Shown here piece after piece: positions 47,930-61,899 of a stretch of 64,000 nt of DNA. The stretch comes from Pavona decussata (lineage: Eukaryota). The notes under the pieces were generated by a model. The model saw only the letters and a list, made by a program, of their open reading frames with translations. It had not been told where the DNA came from and searched no databases. The stretch spans positions 1,178,001 through 1,242,000 of the forward strand of contig CDRNST010000218.1 in assembly GCA_977016875.1 (NCBI GenBank), in the 5' to 3' direction. A program made the position numbers and the translations under genes. The number at the start of each line of letters is the position of its first letter. The first letter of the stretch is position 1.

Positions 47930-50900
47930 TTTTTTTTTTTTTTCAATATAAACAGTTAACTTTGTTAGGTTACCTATACCGCTTTTACTTTACAACCTTA
48001 ATTGTAAATAATATTATTATTAAAACACTCAGAAAAAAAAGGAAAAAAAAGCCCAGGGAGAGCTTGACAGAGTATCAGCGTACAGTTTTTGTATAACAAT
48101 ACTTCTACATAAGTTTCACTAGTAAGTTTCGCAATAAATTTTAAAGGTTGTACAAAGGTTTTTTTTGTGTGTGTGTGTACTTGTGTGGGCTTTTATCATG
48201 TTTTTATAATCAACCATTCTGATACCACCAGAATCGTAGGGCTCGCAAGTAGAACGTCTAGTGACTTTATCTTTTCCATTCCATAAGAATTGAAACACCA
48301 AAGTATTAAACTCTTTTATAATTTCAGGCGGAGTAGGTAGCACAGAGCTAGGGTAGATCATTTGTGACCTTGCACAGGAAAACATACTTTAACGCTTATC
48401 CGTTAAACGGGTAAAAACGGACGGATAGCTAACGGATGGTTAACGGCTTCCAAAGCGTTCTAACGTTTTGTTCTCACGTTCTAACGCATAATACGCAATG
48501 CCTAACGGATTGCAAAAGCATTCTAACGGTTGCGCAATCAGTTCTAACGGATAGCTTGAGCCGTTAAACGGTTGAGCAAAATATCTAACGGATGCTGCAA
48601 AGGCGTTAAACGATTTGCTTAACGGCCACCTGAAAGCGTTTAACGGTTTGCTTAACGGCCACCTGAAAGCGTTTAACGGTGGAGTTATGACAAAAAAGGC
48701 GCAGCCGATGGCAAAAACAATACGATAAAGATTTACAGTTAGAAGCGAAAACCTGAGACGAAACGATTGAAGGAAACGAGTGAAGCGACTCAAACGAAAC
48801 TAAACCCAACACTGCCCACAAACCAAGCGTCAAATTCACGACAGACTGAAAACAGGCTTTTCTCAACCGAATAACAGATCAAACCCAAGCGAGAAATAAT
48901 CGAGTCGCTCGGTCTAGTTGGCTTATGAACTTGAGTCGCGACTCATTAATTCGAATTTTTCGAAGAGAAAAATATTTTCAGTGTTCTAAGAATCTGACTT
49001 CCAAGGTAAGTTACCCAGATACTAAAATGATGAAAACAAAAAAAAAAAGCATTTCCTTATTTAAAAACGTACAACGTTTACAGTAGAATTCGGCAAGGAA
49101 CCGGGGAAACTTCAACGTAGCCGTTTGCGTGCCTTTGAGCAGACTTTGTTTACATCTTGGGCGTAGCGTTACACATTTGCAGAAATATTATCGAGATCAT
49201 CGAATCTCAAAAGGCAATGTCACGTTTTCTTCATTTCAAATTGTAACTGTGTCTTCCTCTGACAGATGACTGGAATACCTGTCCACTAAACCCAGTAATA
49301 AACGGTGAAAGAAGCGAAAAAATGGAAGAAGCTAAGAATGGAAACACGCGCGATCGCTACCAGTACGCTGCACATAATTATGCTCGATTGTACTTTAATC
49401 TTTCGAATCAAAACTTGAAAACAGCATTTCCTTGATTAAAAAATGCACAATAGTTTCGGGTGTTATTTCTCGACATCTTATTGTAGAGCAAGAGGACTTG
49501 GGAATTAACAAAAGATTCATATTAACTGTTTTTGTGACATCGTTTAGCGGATAGACTTAAGGATGGAGAGCGCTTCATCTGTTCTAACGGATGCAAAGTT
49601 TCTTAACGGCTACTTTACACGTTAAACGGATGCTGGATTTTCCTAACGGCTTACTAAGCCGCTCTAACGGCTACCAAATTCTCTTTAACGGTTACGCTAA
49701 CGGTGCCAACGGTTTGATGTGAACGTTTAACGGGTACGCTAACGCCTCTAACGTTTTTGATCGAGTTCTTTAACGGATGACTAACGGATACTTAACGGCA
49801 TTGCCTGTTTAACGGATAAGCGTTAAAGTACGTTTTCCTGTGCAAGGTCACATTTTTTAAAGGAAAAAGGCCTTGATAATAGTAACTTTATCATGGATGG
49901 ACAGTCTGACTTTCCAAAGGTTAATCGTATTCCTAATTTCTTCAGTCTTTGTTTAAGATTCTTCTCGACTAATAGCTTGACGTCATACGTTATATGTATT
50001 CCTAAGAATGTAACACATGTTTGCCATTTAACTCCAAGTGGTTGATCTTCACAGCTCCTAAGAGAACCAATCCACATTGCTTCAGTCTTTTTAACATTCA
50101 GTTTTAAACCAGAGGCTTTCTCAAAATCTTCAAGTAAGCTAAAAAGGGCATTAGCAGAGTTCAAGCGCGATAAAATAGCTGTCGTATCATCCGCAAACTG
50201 CAAAAGTTTAGTCTCTAAACCATTGATTTTGACCCCTTTGATACTCTCTCTATTTCTTATGGAGATAGCCAAAAATTCAACCGCTGTTATGAACAGGTAA
50301 GAAGAGAGGGTCTCCTTGTCTCACTCCACGCTCTATTCTGAAGTAATGGGAACACAGACCATTATTTATAACACAACTTTGAATATTCTTGTAGAAAATA
50401 TTTACCCATTTAATAAAATCCGGTCCAAAATTGAATAGTTCGAGACATTTATTAAGAAAGTCCCATTCTAAGCTGTCAAAACCTTCTCAAAGTCAATAAA
50501 AAATAAAATACCAGGTTCGTTTTTGTCTTTTGTATATTCCATTATGTCAAGGATTGAGCGAATATTATCACAAATATTTCTACCCGGAATGTGTCCTGAT
50601 TGATTCTCGTGGATTAAATCTGGCAGAACACGCTTCAGTCTTTCCGCAATGACTTAAGAGGCTATTTTTGCATCAACATTTAGAAGAGAAATTGGTCGCC
50701 AGTCTTTAAGATCGCAGCGGTCTTGATCGTTTTTCTCAATAAGCGTAATAACAGCCTGTCTCTGTGATGGACTCATTTCTCCTTTTATAAAAGACTCATT
50801 GAAACATTCCACTAAACGTTTTCCGACTGAGTCCCAAAAAGTTCGATAAAATTCTACTGGTAATCCATCATTCCCAGGAGCCTTATTTAATGCAAAAGAA

Positions 50901-53543
50901 TTCAATACCTTTGAGCATTCTTCTAAGGTGATAAATCCTTTGCCAAACTTTTTACATTCTTCGGAAAGTCTTGGTATTGGTAGTTCTTCGTAATTAAAGT
51001 ACGCTTCATTTTGTTGCATACCATCACGGCGAGATTTATACAGACTTTCGTAAAATTCCTTTTCTGCTTGTAGAATTTCAAAAGGATTTGATGTGATAAC
51101 GCCACTTAGCTGAAGTTTTCAAACATGTTTTCTAATGTAATTCCGTTTCTCTAGATTAAGAAAATATTTAGAGTTCTTTTCCCCGTGTTCATGCCAGCGT
51201 GCTCGGGATCTTACAATTATACCTTCAACTTTTACTTCATCCAGTTTTTCCATCTTTTCTTTCAAGATATTTAGAGCAACCAAATTTTGTTCACATGGGT
51301 CACTTTCAAAAACTAAATGCTCTGTTTGAAGTTCTTCGTTAAGTTGTTGCTCTTTTTCTCGTCTTTGTTTGCATTTATTCATAGAATATTTTCTCGAATG
51401 CTTCTTAATATTATACTTAACCCAGTCCCATACTGAACGCGGATCAGACAGATCTACCCTTCCTTCTTGTATCCACGTGGGAATCAAACGATTTATTTCG
51501 TCAACATACAAATAATCTCTTAAAAAAAGAACAATTTAATTTCCAAAGTCCAGGGCCCTTGACAGTATCGCCGACATCTTTAAATTCTATAATAATTGCG
51601 CAGTGGTCAGTTTTTATTGATCGTATGATATCAATATCACATACGTTATCTGATAAAGAGTTTGAAATAAACCAGTAATCCAAGACAAAAAATTAAAGGT
51701 TGTGATTGACTCCAAGTATAACTCCGCTTTGTGGGATTTTTGATACGCCAAATATCATGCAAGTCAAGTTCCCATTGTAAATGTTCTATGGCATTGATTA
51801 CACACTGCCTGGGGACAAGAATCCCACCTTTTTTGTCAACAATAGGATTTAACGAACAGTTGAAGTCCCCACCCATTATGATGTTTTCAGTTTCGAAATC
51901 ATTTGTCTTTATACTTTGGAGAACCGAATAATAAAAGTCAACTAATCTATTATCTTGATTTGGACCATATATGTTAACTAAAATAGCCCGTTCACCTTTC
52001 AAGAGTACCTTGAGCATAATATATCTACCATTTACGTCCGTGACTATTTCTTCAACTGTGCAATCAAAATTATTCCTTATTAGTATCGCTCCCCCGCGAG
52101 GGTTACTAGCCCCATGCGAACAATAGAAAGGAGCGCCCCATCCCTTTTCCAGAATAACTCATTATCCTTTGTGGAATGTGTTTCCTGCAGAAAAATGACA
52201 TCCACTTTTTGTGTTTTACACCAAGTAAAAGTTGTCCTTCTTTTACGGAAGTTGCTGATGCCTCTTACATTTAGAGAGAGAAATTTACCAACTACCATGT
52301 GTAAGGATAAATACAAACAAAGGAAAAATAAACTTAAGACTACAAGGAGGGACGGATCGAAAATAAATATTGTATGCACGAAGTAAAGATATGTTAATAG
52401 TTGTAGGCTTACAATTAAAACTTTTGTTGTCAAACCAAACAGAAAAATTTAGTACACACAGAATTAATCTTAAAACAAAAGCGAATACTAAAAAATAGAA
52501 TAACAAAACTTTTCTAGAGCTTACAAAGTTCGCTCCTGTGCCCTTTGGCACAGGCCGTCTCAACACAAGCGAATTCATCGCCAGGAATTAATTGTAAAGA
52601 GCGTTGCCATTGTTGTGCTCCGAAGTAAGCAAATTTAATAACAGTTATTCAGCAGGTACTGTCTTACCGTCTATGAAAAGCTTTTCTCTTGTAAATCGCA
52701 CCTTCTTGCCATTGTCGAAAGCCTCTTTCATGATTGGGAGTGCTTTTTTTGGGGTTTCGAAGTCATAAGGAGTGAAATCTTCCACAAATCGAATTCCGTT
52801 CAATGCTTCTTTAATTTCAGGCCTCTTAGCGACACGAAGAAATTGTCTCTTGAAAGGTCTGCTATAGAGTTTAGCAATGATTTGTCTGGGTTTGCCATCT
52901 TGTTTCTTGCCGGTACGGTGTACGTTTTCTATTTTGCCGATGTCATCTTGGAAACCAAGAAGAGTAAAGTAATTCTGTATTATCATAAAGCAATTGTCGC
53001 CATCCTCTTCAGCCACACCCAGCACCCGAATATTAAAATCTCGTGAATATCTTTCCAAGCGTTCTACTCTTTTCTTCAACTCCATGTTACATTCTTGAAA
53101 AGATTTCTCTGTTTCATTTAGCGTTGTATTCAAGCCGCCAACATCTTCTTCGAGCTTCTCTACTTTCGGCTTCAACTGGTCGATTTCATCAATTTTTGAA
53201 ATGACGTTTTCAATCTTCGCAAGTTGGGCATCGGTGGTGTTTTTAAAAGTTGCGAGTTCGTCACTAATTATTTGCATTGTTTTGTAAGGTCACTTCGAAG
53301 GGATTTGAGCTCTTCAAGAATGGCGTCGTTCATGGTCGACTCTTCCCTCGTTACCTTTGACTTTTCTTTTGGTTTCCGCTCAACAATTCCTGCTTTGCCT
53401 GTTCTTTTTCCTGATCTAAGTCGTACACCAGACATACAGAATGAGTGGTAACGAGTAAGGCTAATTCTAAGTCGAAAATACGTTTGCTCGGCACGGAGCT
53501 CAACACGACACGTCTTTACCACATAGTGTCCAGTCCCAGTCCC
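47930..53543 (-). mobile_element. L1/Tx1-clade LINE, 5'-complete with an internal deletion in 3' ORF2, inserted in the Kolobok left TIR
   Basis: ORF1 ~53380-52645 (LERYSR, VHR, EDF). ORF2 from ~52297 (LSLNVRG, LQETH, GGDFN, TDH, APGNDG, WRPISLLNVD, QFADD). Poly(A) at 47930-47943. TSD AAAT(T/C)AAATCC at 47919-47929 and 53544-53554. Confidence 0.9.
48364..49851. mobile_element. Non-autonomous TIR element (Sola1-like by TSD) with TAACGG arrays
   Basis: ~45-bp TIRs GTGACCTTGCACAGGAAAAC...CCGTTAAAC and a 4-bp TSD ATTT at 48360-48363 and 49852-49855. The superfamily call is tentative. Confidence 0.75.
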
Positions 53544-53883
53544 AAATCAAATCCCATAATCGTCATGATGTGTTTAATAATGTCTGAAACTTTCATTAAG
53601 ATTGATTCACTTTAACATTTTGAAATTTCAAGACGAACCTAGCCTACGAGCCGGCCAAAAATCTGCGTTACAAATTGACTGTTTTGACGTTATGCTAATG
53701 TTTGCTAATTAATGCGCACGGTACATACCTCCATGACCAGTACATTTCAGTGAGAATTTTATTGCATCTCATTAAATGATAACATTTTCGCTTTTGACGT
53801 CTCAATTTTTCACCCGCTGTTTGACGTTCCCCTAAAACTACATGCAAAAGAAACGAAACAAAAAAAAGAAACAGTTACTAGTA

Positions 53884-56800
53884 TGGCTCTTATTGACGTC
53901 TGTTCTCAAAGAAATTGATTATTCTTGTGAGGATGTTTTTATTCTTTGTTACACGTGGAGCCTTTAATCCATTTGGTGGAATTGCCAAAAGACTCAAAAG
54001 TCCTCGTGTTCCATGTTTAGCAAATACTTCATTGAGTTGCTGTAGACCAATTCCTGCCTTCGCCAACTTTTCTTTTATTCCCTTAGAGACAGGCAGATCT
54101 TAAAGGGAAATTATTGTCCTGCGTATAACAGATCGTTTGGAAATGTCATTTTTCACCTCTTCCATGGTACGTAGACTGCCATATTTCACGAAATTCTCAC
54201 CAGGAATCACAGCTAACAAAACCTCTGACAAGGCCTTACAATCCCCAAGCGCATCATGTGCATCAAAGTCTGTAGCGAAGAGGCTATTATACAAACTCGG
54301 AAGACTCAAGCTTCGGCTTTCTTTGCCTTTTCCTTTTAACTCATTGAAACTCGCAAGGACTTTCAAACTGTCTAAGAAAAGAACTCCCAGATCTTCTAAC
54401 CTCTGAAGAAGGGAATGCTTTGCCAATGAATTAACTAAAACTGGGAAGTGAAAACCATTTCCGTTGTGGGCAATGAGCACCATTGTGGAGCCACTCGATG
54501 CCTTCTTTATTTGTTCTAAAAATGTAACAAAATTATGAACGGCTTGTTCTTCGGAAATGTCAGAAACTACGACGTTGCCTTTAAGAAGGACCTTCTTTCC
54601 ACCAGAGTAAGTAGTGGACAGTTTATCCACTTTTGTTGCATGAGCCGATACGTTATTGTCGGGAACAGCGTAGGTACTGAAAGAAGAATGATTATCTGCA
54701 ACAGAGACACAAGCTATTTTTATTATTTCACTGTTGCGTTTCAAGCTTGTCGTCTCCAGGTCGACGGAAAAATAGGAGAACACGCCGTCTTTTTCAACTG
54801 TCTTAGACTCTCTTGATGAGGATTCAATATCGAGGTTACTGCATATCTCGTCTATCTCCTGTTGCGACATACTTTTCTGTAACCCATCGATAATCTCTTT
54901 CGTTACAGTCTTTCCCTCTTCAGTTACTCCAATACCAGTTCCATACGTGCTTCCCTCATTTCCTTCTAGTCGTTCCTTCTTTGTAATTTTCATCTTCTTC
55001 AGTTCCTTCCTCCTTCTCTTCACCCCGGGTTTCTTTTTACGTTCTTGTTCCCTCTTCCGCTTTTTCAATTGCCTTTATACAAACACTGAGGTTTATTTTG
55101 ACTCTTCTAATCCAAAGGGCTTTCGTGGTCTGGGTCAGATATCCATAGCCCTCATTGAAATGACACACCCCTGACGCCACGTAGAAATTCAGGCTCTCTG
55201 AACTTCCGTAGTGTCTTATTTTGGGAGCCTTAGTTCCTACGATTACATTAATACATTCATTTGCCTGGCTTGAGCCACAATTCACAAGCTTTTCACACCA
55301 TTCGTCTGTTTGAAATGGTTTTACGGCACTTTCTATTGCAGCTCGAAGGTTTTCATCTGACAACAGCTTCCCTCCTGGCAAGTCTTTAAACTTGTAGTTG
55401 GATGGATCTTTGAGAGCGCCACACCAGCTTACGTCACATTTGCAATGATCGCCAAGTGCGTGGCACACCAAGGAGTTTAGCCCTTGGTTTATCTTCTTTG
55501 GTTCTTCTTGTTTAGTTGAAATGCAATATGCAAACAACTTTAGAAAATAATTAATAATTACGGAAGTGAGACCCTTAACAGTCTTTTGTGCACTGTACAA
55601 CCGACTTCCCAGTGTCCTGGTTGCATGGTTTTTATCCATTTTCTTCGCCGTCTCATAATTAACTCGACATTTGACATGACTTTCCGTTGTTGCGTCTTTG
55701 TCACCGGTGTAAGAAGAATACTTAACCCATAATGCACCGTGCCTGCCAAAACCACCCGTGATTTTGGCCATCCTCGTGCTGGGTCCGCGTTCAGGTCCTA
55801 CCCCTCCCTAGAAGAGATTTTTTGTCCCCTATTGTTCTCATTGCCTTCAGAAAGGAATGACCAATCAGAATCCACTTACTGCGCATATATTCTTAGGTCT
55901 TAGGGAGGCCCAGACAAGAGAGCTTTTTGTCTTTAGAAGCGGTGTCCAATTTCAATTTTTTTCCCCTTGTGGGCCGCGCGGCTAAATTTTTAGTCGCCGA
56001 TTTTCGCGTTGTCCAAAGGAAAACACATCTTTTCGAAATGGTAAATCGAAAGAAGAACTGCTAAGAAATACTTGACAGTTTCGACGGCGAAAATCCGAGA
56101 AGTAACGGCGAAGAAATTGCGCTTCGAGTACGAATTGCCGTTTATCTAGGCGATGAGCGAGTGGACAGGTCAAATCATTATTCAGGCCTCGGACTTTCTG
56201 CAAAAATTTAGAGTACTTCTAGAGTAATTCAACAGCCAAAAAATTACAGGTTTGATTGTGAATTTGTACTGAAATACTATTCTAATTGACTGATTCTTTG
56301 TACTCTGAACAGTTTTTGTGAAATATTTGAAAAACGTACCCCGGACGGGCCGATAAATTTGTTTGGAATTAGAGTTGTTGTTCCTTCAAATCGCTTGCGC
56401 GTCGCTCGTCTTGCCTTTATAATCATACGCGTTTCTTTCTAAAGCGTAAATAAAGACTTTTCTGAATAAATTTTTCATTTAGGAAGGCTTTCTGTGTGTT
56501 TTTCTTTCTATTTTTATTGAGAAAACGTGACAACTGTGTAATCTTGCGTAAACAAACATGCTCTCGAGACGGATCAGATTTGATCCATGTGACGCGCGGA
56601 TCAAATTTCATCAAAATTTTGGAAATTTTTAGTTTGTTTTTTGGAAAATTTTGAATTGGCAACTAGTGTATTTTATTCCATAATAAGTAATTTTAACTAT
56701 CTTAGACTAAAGGGGTGTTGTTTTTTTTTGCCCTCTAAGTTATGTATTTTTACTGCACATGGGGTAGGAAATAACCACTTTGCCAATTTTGCTGAATTTT

Positions 56801-57717
56801 GAAAAACCTCTGGAAACGGCTGGTGCGTAATGGGTTAAGACCAAGATTTGTAGCATTGTTGAAGCACGCCACCGCTATTTCAGGCTCCATAGACTTTGAA
56901 GAGCGGCTGTGATTTTTTCTGCAGTTATGCGACACTGCGTTTGATTCACCAGCAATCTCACGTTTGCGGCAACGTGTAGATCTGATGCCATAGTCAAGAG
57001 CTTTTCCGGTGGACTCTCCAATCACTGTCCCAAACCCTGTTATTTAATCTTGTGCCTTTCCGCGCTTCTGCCACGCCCCGTCATATGCCACTGATATAAG
57101 TGCGTCCCCATTGCTGTCTACCATGTCAGATTCTGCCTTCTCCTTCGCCCTGTAACGTGCGCAACTTTCCTGACAGACACTCTCAATGGCTGATCCCACT
57201 TCACGCTCCCTTGCTTTGAATGTAGCACTGGTCATTGCGCCAACCCAAGTATAGATAAATCGGCTCTCAGGTGACTGTGCCCCTGACCAGTGTGAATCAT
57301 TGCCAATGCTGCCCTTGAATTCAATGTGACTGTTTTAGGGCCTCGTCTCCCCGTTCTGTGAGAATGGTATGGCTTGATCTTGTTCTCTTCTTTGCAATCC
57401 TTGCACTTAACATGCAAAACCACACCAAGTCCTATACGCATGGGTGTCTTGCATATGTCGTGGAGTGATAATGGTCCAGCATGGCACTTTTGGCACTGCC
57501 TTAATCCTTCACGTAATAATTTTAGATTAATGATGTAATTTTCATCTAATTCTGGTAAAGTTTTAGGATGTGCAGAGCGAAGTTCCATGCTCTCTTGGCT
57601 CGATAGTTGTTGTGAGCTTCTTGGCCCGGCTTTCTTCCAACGCTTAGCTCTGAGGGCTCGTAAGCACTTTCTTCTGTATTCCAGCATTTGATAACTTTTT
57701 GTTTCTCCTGATGTCAC
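53884..57717 (-). pseudogene. Kolobok transposase fused to a C-terminal DEDDh exonuclease
   Basis: CxxC pairs, YDGAWQKRG, SSKSMEP, GDKD, DKNH, H..GDH..C...WC and SQANE; then VDLETT, AHNG..F, FLDSL and HDALGD. Confidence 0.85.
55726..56834. mobile_element. Non-autonomous piggyBac-like element
   Basis: TTAA|CCCATAATGCACC ... GGTGCGTAATGGG|TTAA. Removal restores the Kolobok frame NLGLKYSS. Confidence 0.85.
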
Positions 57718-58749
57718 CTTCCTGTATTTTCTTCAACAAACTTATCATGACGACTAGCAATATTTCTGGCAAACTGTTTCCTTTTCCTTTGCAAATACTT
57801 TCTTACCGAAGGCATTTTGAAAACACCAACCGAAGAAGAAAAACATGCGGCTTAATTTTTTACGAAATATTCTGTCACGCTGAAATGTACTGGTCATGGA
57901 GGTATGTACCGTGCGCATTAATTAGCAAACATTAGCATAACGTCAAAACAGTGAATTTGTAACGCAGATTTTTGGCCGGCTCGTAGGCTAGGTTCACCTC
58001 AAAATTTCAAAATGTTAAAGTAAATCAATCTTAATGAAAGTTTCAGACATTATTACACACATCGTGAAGATTATGGGATTTGATTTTAAAAGAATTCGTT
58101 CGAGTAGTTTCAGATATATACAAAAAAGCGCTAAAAGTCAAGATTTAGAATATAGTTGCGCTTAGACAGGTGTTGAGAAAGCAGGTTGGTTTTTTAAGAT
58201 CACAAGAATGAAAATACACCAAACGTTCCTAGCATCGAAATATGATATTAAGCAACATTGTGAAGCTACTCAAGGTTAACTTAAGTTGTTTTAAACTTTT
58301 TTATTAAATAATTTATCACGGCTATTGAAAGTTCGAGATTTGAAATATATTTACGTTTTATTTGAATTCAAACATACAGAATTTTTTACTTCTCGCGGAG
58401 GTTATTTGCTAATCACCAAACTGTAACATCGTAGTGTCGGATTTTTAGTAGTGGGTCTAGATTGCGCAAAATTCGACTTTTATCAATTTCCATTTCGTTT
58501 GTTTATTGTTGTCATAGTAATATCGATTTTACTTAAAACTACATTTTTACAAATTTCAATCCAACGCCAATTACTGGTGAAAATTTTATGGTGATCGGAC
58601 AAGGAATAAAACACTTTTAAGGAGATTGTAAAATATTGGTATGGCCTGGGTCGAGTCACCTTAATGTGCTGTTGAAATGGGGTTTTCAGACTGTAGTTTC
58701 CACATCAGATCTATCCCTATCAATAAAATAATATACAAACAAGGAAAAT

Positions 58750-59270
58750 CAAGATATTTTAGTTCCCTTTCTTAAAAGCGTACTGAAGAATTGTCTTCTG
58801 ATGGTTTTACATTCAATATTGGAAACTTGTGAATATTTCGTTTCAATAATAGCACAATGATATTCCAATTTTAACAAGGATATCGTAAAAGCTTGGTGTA
58901 TGATGGTGCTCTCTTTGGTTACAGAAGAATTGTCTTCCAATAGTTTTATATTATCCAATATTGGAAACTTGTGAATATTTCATTCCAATAATAGCACAAT
59001 GATATTCCTAATATAGCAAGCATATTGTAAAAGCTTGGTATATCATTGTGCTATCATTGGTTTCTGAAGAATTTTCTTCCACTGATTTTACGTTATCATC
59101 CAATGTTGGAAGACTACATGTGTTCTGTTCCAATTAAACTCCAATGATACTCCAACTGTCATTCTAGGAAGGAAAACCAAATGCTGCTTTCTTGGAATGT
59201 TATTGGACTTTTATTGGTATTCTAAATTTAACCAATGATTATCCAATGTTGGACCTCTATAAACCTTATT
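58750..59270. repeat. Degenerate ~140-bp tandem duplication or subterminal repeats rich in CCAAT/ATTGG
   Basis: caatattggaaacttgtgaatatttc...aatagcacaatgatattcc...aaaagcttgg occurs at ~58814 and ~58956. Confidence 0.5.
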
Positions 59271-59319
59271 ACCAAAGATTTACCATATTGGAGTACGTAT
59301 TTTTTTTCCTGTGGTACTG

Positions 59320-59737
59320 TAATGAGGAAAGCTATTAGTGCCACAGAACGTCTCACACAGACTGTCCACTATCTTGCATATGAAGGGCTGCAACAATCTG
59401 TCTTTTCCGTATCGAATATCTCGATCAACTGTATCACTAATTGTTAAGGAAACATGCACAGCCATACGGGATGCCCTACACCAGGTGTATCTACGAAAAC
59501 CACAATGCAGTGAAGACTGGAAGAATATCTCCAGAGGTTTTGAAGAAATCTGGTACTTCCTACACTGTATCAGAGCTGTGGATGGAAAACACGTTGCCAT
59601 GCAATGTCCCATTAAAAGTGGGTCCTTTTGCTACAACTACAAGGGTTTCTTTAGCATCGTTCTTCATGCTGGAGGTGATGCAAACTACACATTCACAGTC
59701 GTTGATATTGGCAGTTACGACAGCAGTGTGCTGTCAT
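59320..59737 (+). pseudogene. Harbinger transposase fragment
   Basis: RISRSTVS, AVDGKHV, YNYKGFFSIVL and DANYTF..VDIG. Confidence 0.85.
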
Positions 59738-59749
59738 AGCAGTGTTTTG

Positions 59750-60470
59750 TTTTGGTGAAGAAGACTCCCAAGGCCTTTATTGGTTCGTTTGGCCATTTGA
59801 TGCCAAGGGGTTTTGTGTCATTTTTCTTTAACGCGCCAATCCATAATACCTCTGTTTTTGAATTGTTAACTTTCAGGCCTGATAGAATCTCAGAGTGTTC
59901 CAAAAATTGAAAAAGGACAAGGGCCGAATTGACATCTGAGAGAACTACTTTTGTGTCGTACTTTTGTCGCTTCATTCCCTGCTTTTATACCTTTAATTTT
60001 AACATTGTTTCAAATAGCAGTTGCGAGGGTTTCAACAGCTAAAACAAAAAGATTAGGGGAAAGTGGATCACCTTGCCTGACACCACGTTTAAGGGTAAAA
60101 TAATCTGAGGCAGTACCATTATTTATAACAAAGCTTTGAATGTTTTTATAGAGTAGCCTGACCCAATTTTTAAAATCATGTCCAAAGTTGAAGGCTTCAA
60201 AGCATTTATGAAGAAAGTCCCATTCTAGGGTATCGTATCGAAGGCTTTTTGAAAATCAATAAATATTAAAAGGCCAGGAATGTTTTCAGCATCTGTGAGT
60301 TCCATGGTATCAAAGATAGACCTAACAGTTTCGCCTATGTATCGGTCTTTGAAATACCCAGTTTGAATTACATTTGGCAAAACCTCTTTCATTCTGGCAG
60401 GGATAACTTTGGACATTATCTTAGCATCAACATTTAGCAAAGAGATAGGTCTCCAATTCTCAACTGAGTC
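59750..60470 (-). pseudogene. L1/Tx1 LINE reverse transcriptase fragment
   Basis: WRPISLLNVD, IDFQKAFD, GVRQGDPLSP and SGLKVN..KT. Confidence 0.85.
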
Positions 60471-61899
60471 TGTCTTATTGCGTTACAATAGGGCATAGTT
60501 TGCATTTTAGCAGGCCGCTCCCAGTTAGGTGTCAAAGTACATCTTTCACTCGAAAGGCCCTCTGTATGCCTAGAAAGGTTTCAGCCATGGTAATTCAAAC
60601 ATTCATACTGCTTTCTTATAAAATAATATACGGTAATAGCGTCGTGGCAAACCATATTAACAAAACAGTGTTTGACTGTGCATGGTAGGGTAGACTTTTT
60701 GTTTTGCTGTTGTTCAGTCCTGTGGCGCAGTAAGGTATTACATTGATATGTCTCTAATATGTAACTAGAGTGAACTGTGACTCAATTGACCGTACAATAA
60801 AAGTTGAAAATATTCAGGTTTCTTCCACTTAAATATTCTACTTGAACCAGAGCATTGCAAAAATTAGTTCCCAGCAGAAATTTCAAGCATTCTCAAACCG
60901 CAAAAATTTGTTCCCAAGAACTACAAAAAAAATCGCCAATCCACAAAATAAAACTCGTGCAAAATTTTCGTGCTACATGGTATATTTGCCATGGCGATAT
61001 CCCCTGCACTTGCAGTTAATTGATTTTACCACGGCTGCCCAAGCATGATCCGAGTTTTCCCCTGCTTAAAGGGGAAAATGTACAAAAGTGAAACCTAAAA
61101 ATAATAAAAAGAAAGCAAAATTGTTCTTTACAAAATAAGTTTCTATTAGTCCTAATTTGTGTAGCATATTGCTTAAAGGAACACCCAGCCAACAAAAGGT
61201 CTAGCTCTCTTATTATGTCCAAGTCTGACTGAGGGAGAGATTTGAGAAAACCCAAAAAATTGCCAAAGGAATGACAAATGTATGCAATATCTTATGAAGT
61301 TGTTATAGTGGAGGTGGCTGTTATAATGCAGGCTGAGGGAAAATGACAGCCGGTAGATTAAAATTGCTTTATATATGAATTCAACTCATTTTTTATAGCC
61401 ATCATTTTCTTGCTGTCCAAGGCCTGGTATCATACTAAGTGGGTGAATGGGTATTCGCACAACATGTTTGAAATCGACTTCCGAGAACAAGATTTGGAGA
61501 AATTTTCACCCTAGCATAGCCACTTCTGTTTTGAGATTATTTTCTTGTTTCATTCATATTGTAATGACTGTTGTAAACGCCAGTGGAATTGATAACTCTG
61601 CACGATTCTTATGTGCATGTTTCTACCTTTAAATCTGCTAATGTAAACTGTAACGTGCCCTATTTAAATGTTCAGGCTCTACCCTAAGTAGACTTTCTCA
61701 ATGTCATTCATTTCTTATTTCTGTGAAGGCACAGAGAATGAGCCATTATTCCTCCTGTTGTTAATGTTGCACTTCTCATTAATTCAACAATGCACGAGGA
61801 ACAAGTTTCTTATTTCTTTTATTTGTTTATAAAATATAAACAATCGCAACTCCTCAGAGAAGTGCGAATTTTAATGAATCAACATCACGTTACACGTTA

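Larger units (their letters stand above)
47336..58660 (-). mobile_element. Kolobok DNA transposon with ~800-bp TIRs
   Basis: TTAA|GGTGACTCGACCCAG ... CTGGGTCGAGTCACC|TTAA. The left TIR (47336-47929 plus 53544-~53760) mirrors ~57865-58660. Confidence 0.9.

Noticed and set aside
48440-48866. ORFs with repeated peptide (LNAFRWPLSK)
   Set aside because: They derive from TAACGG repeats and a 33-bp duplication in a non-coding element.
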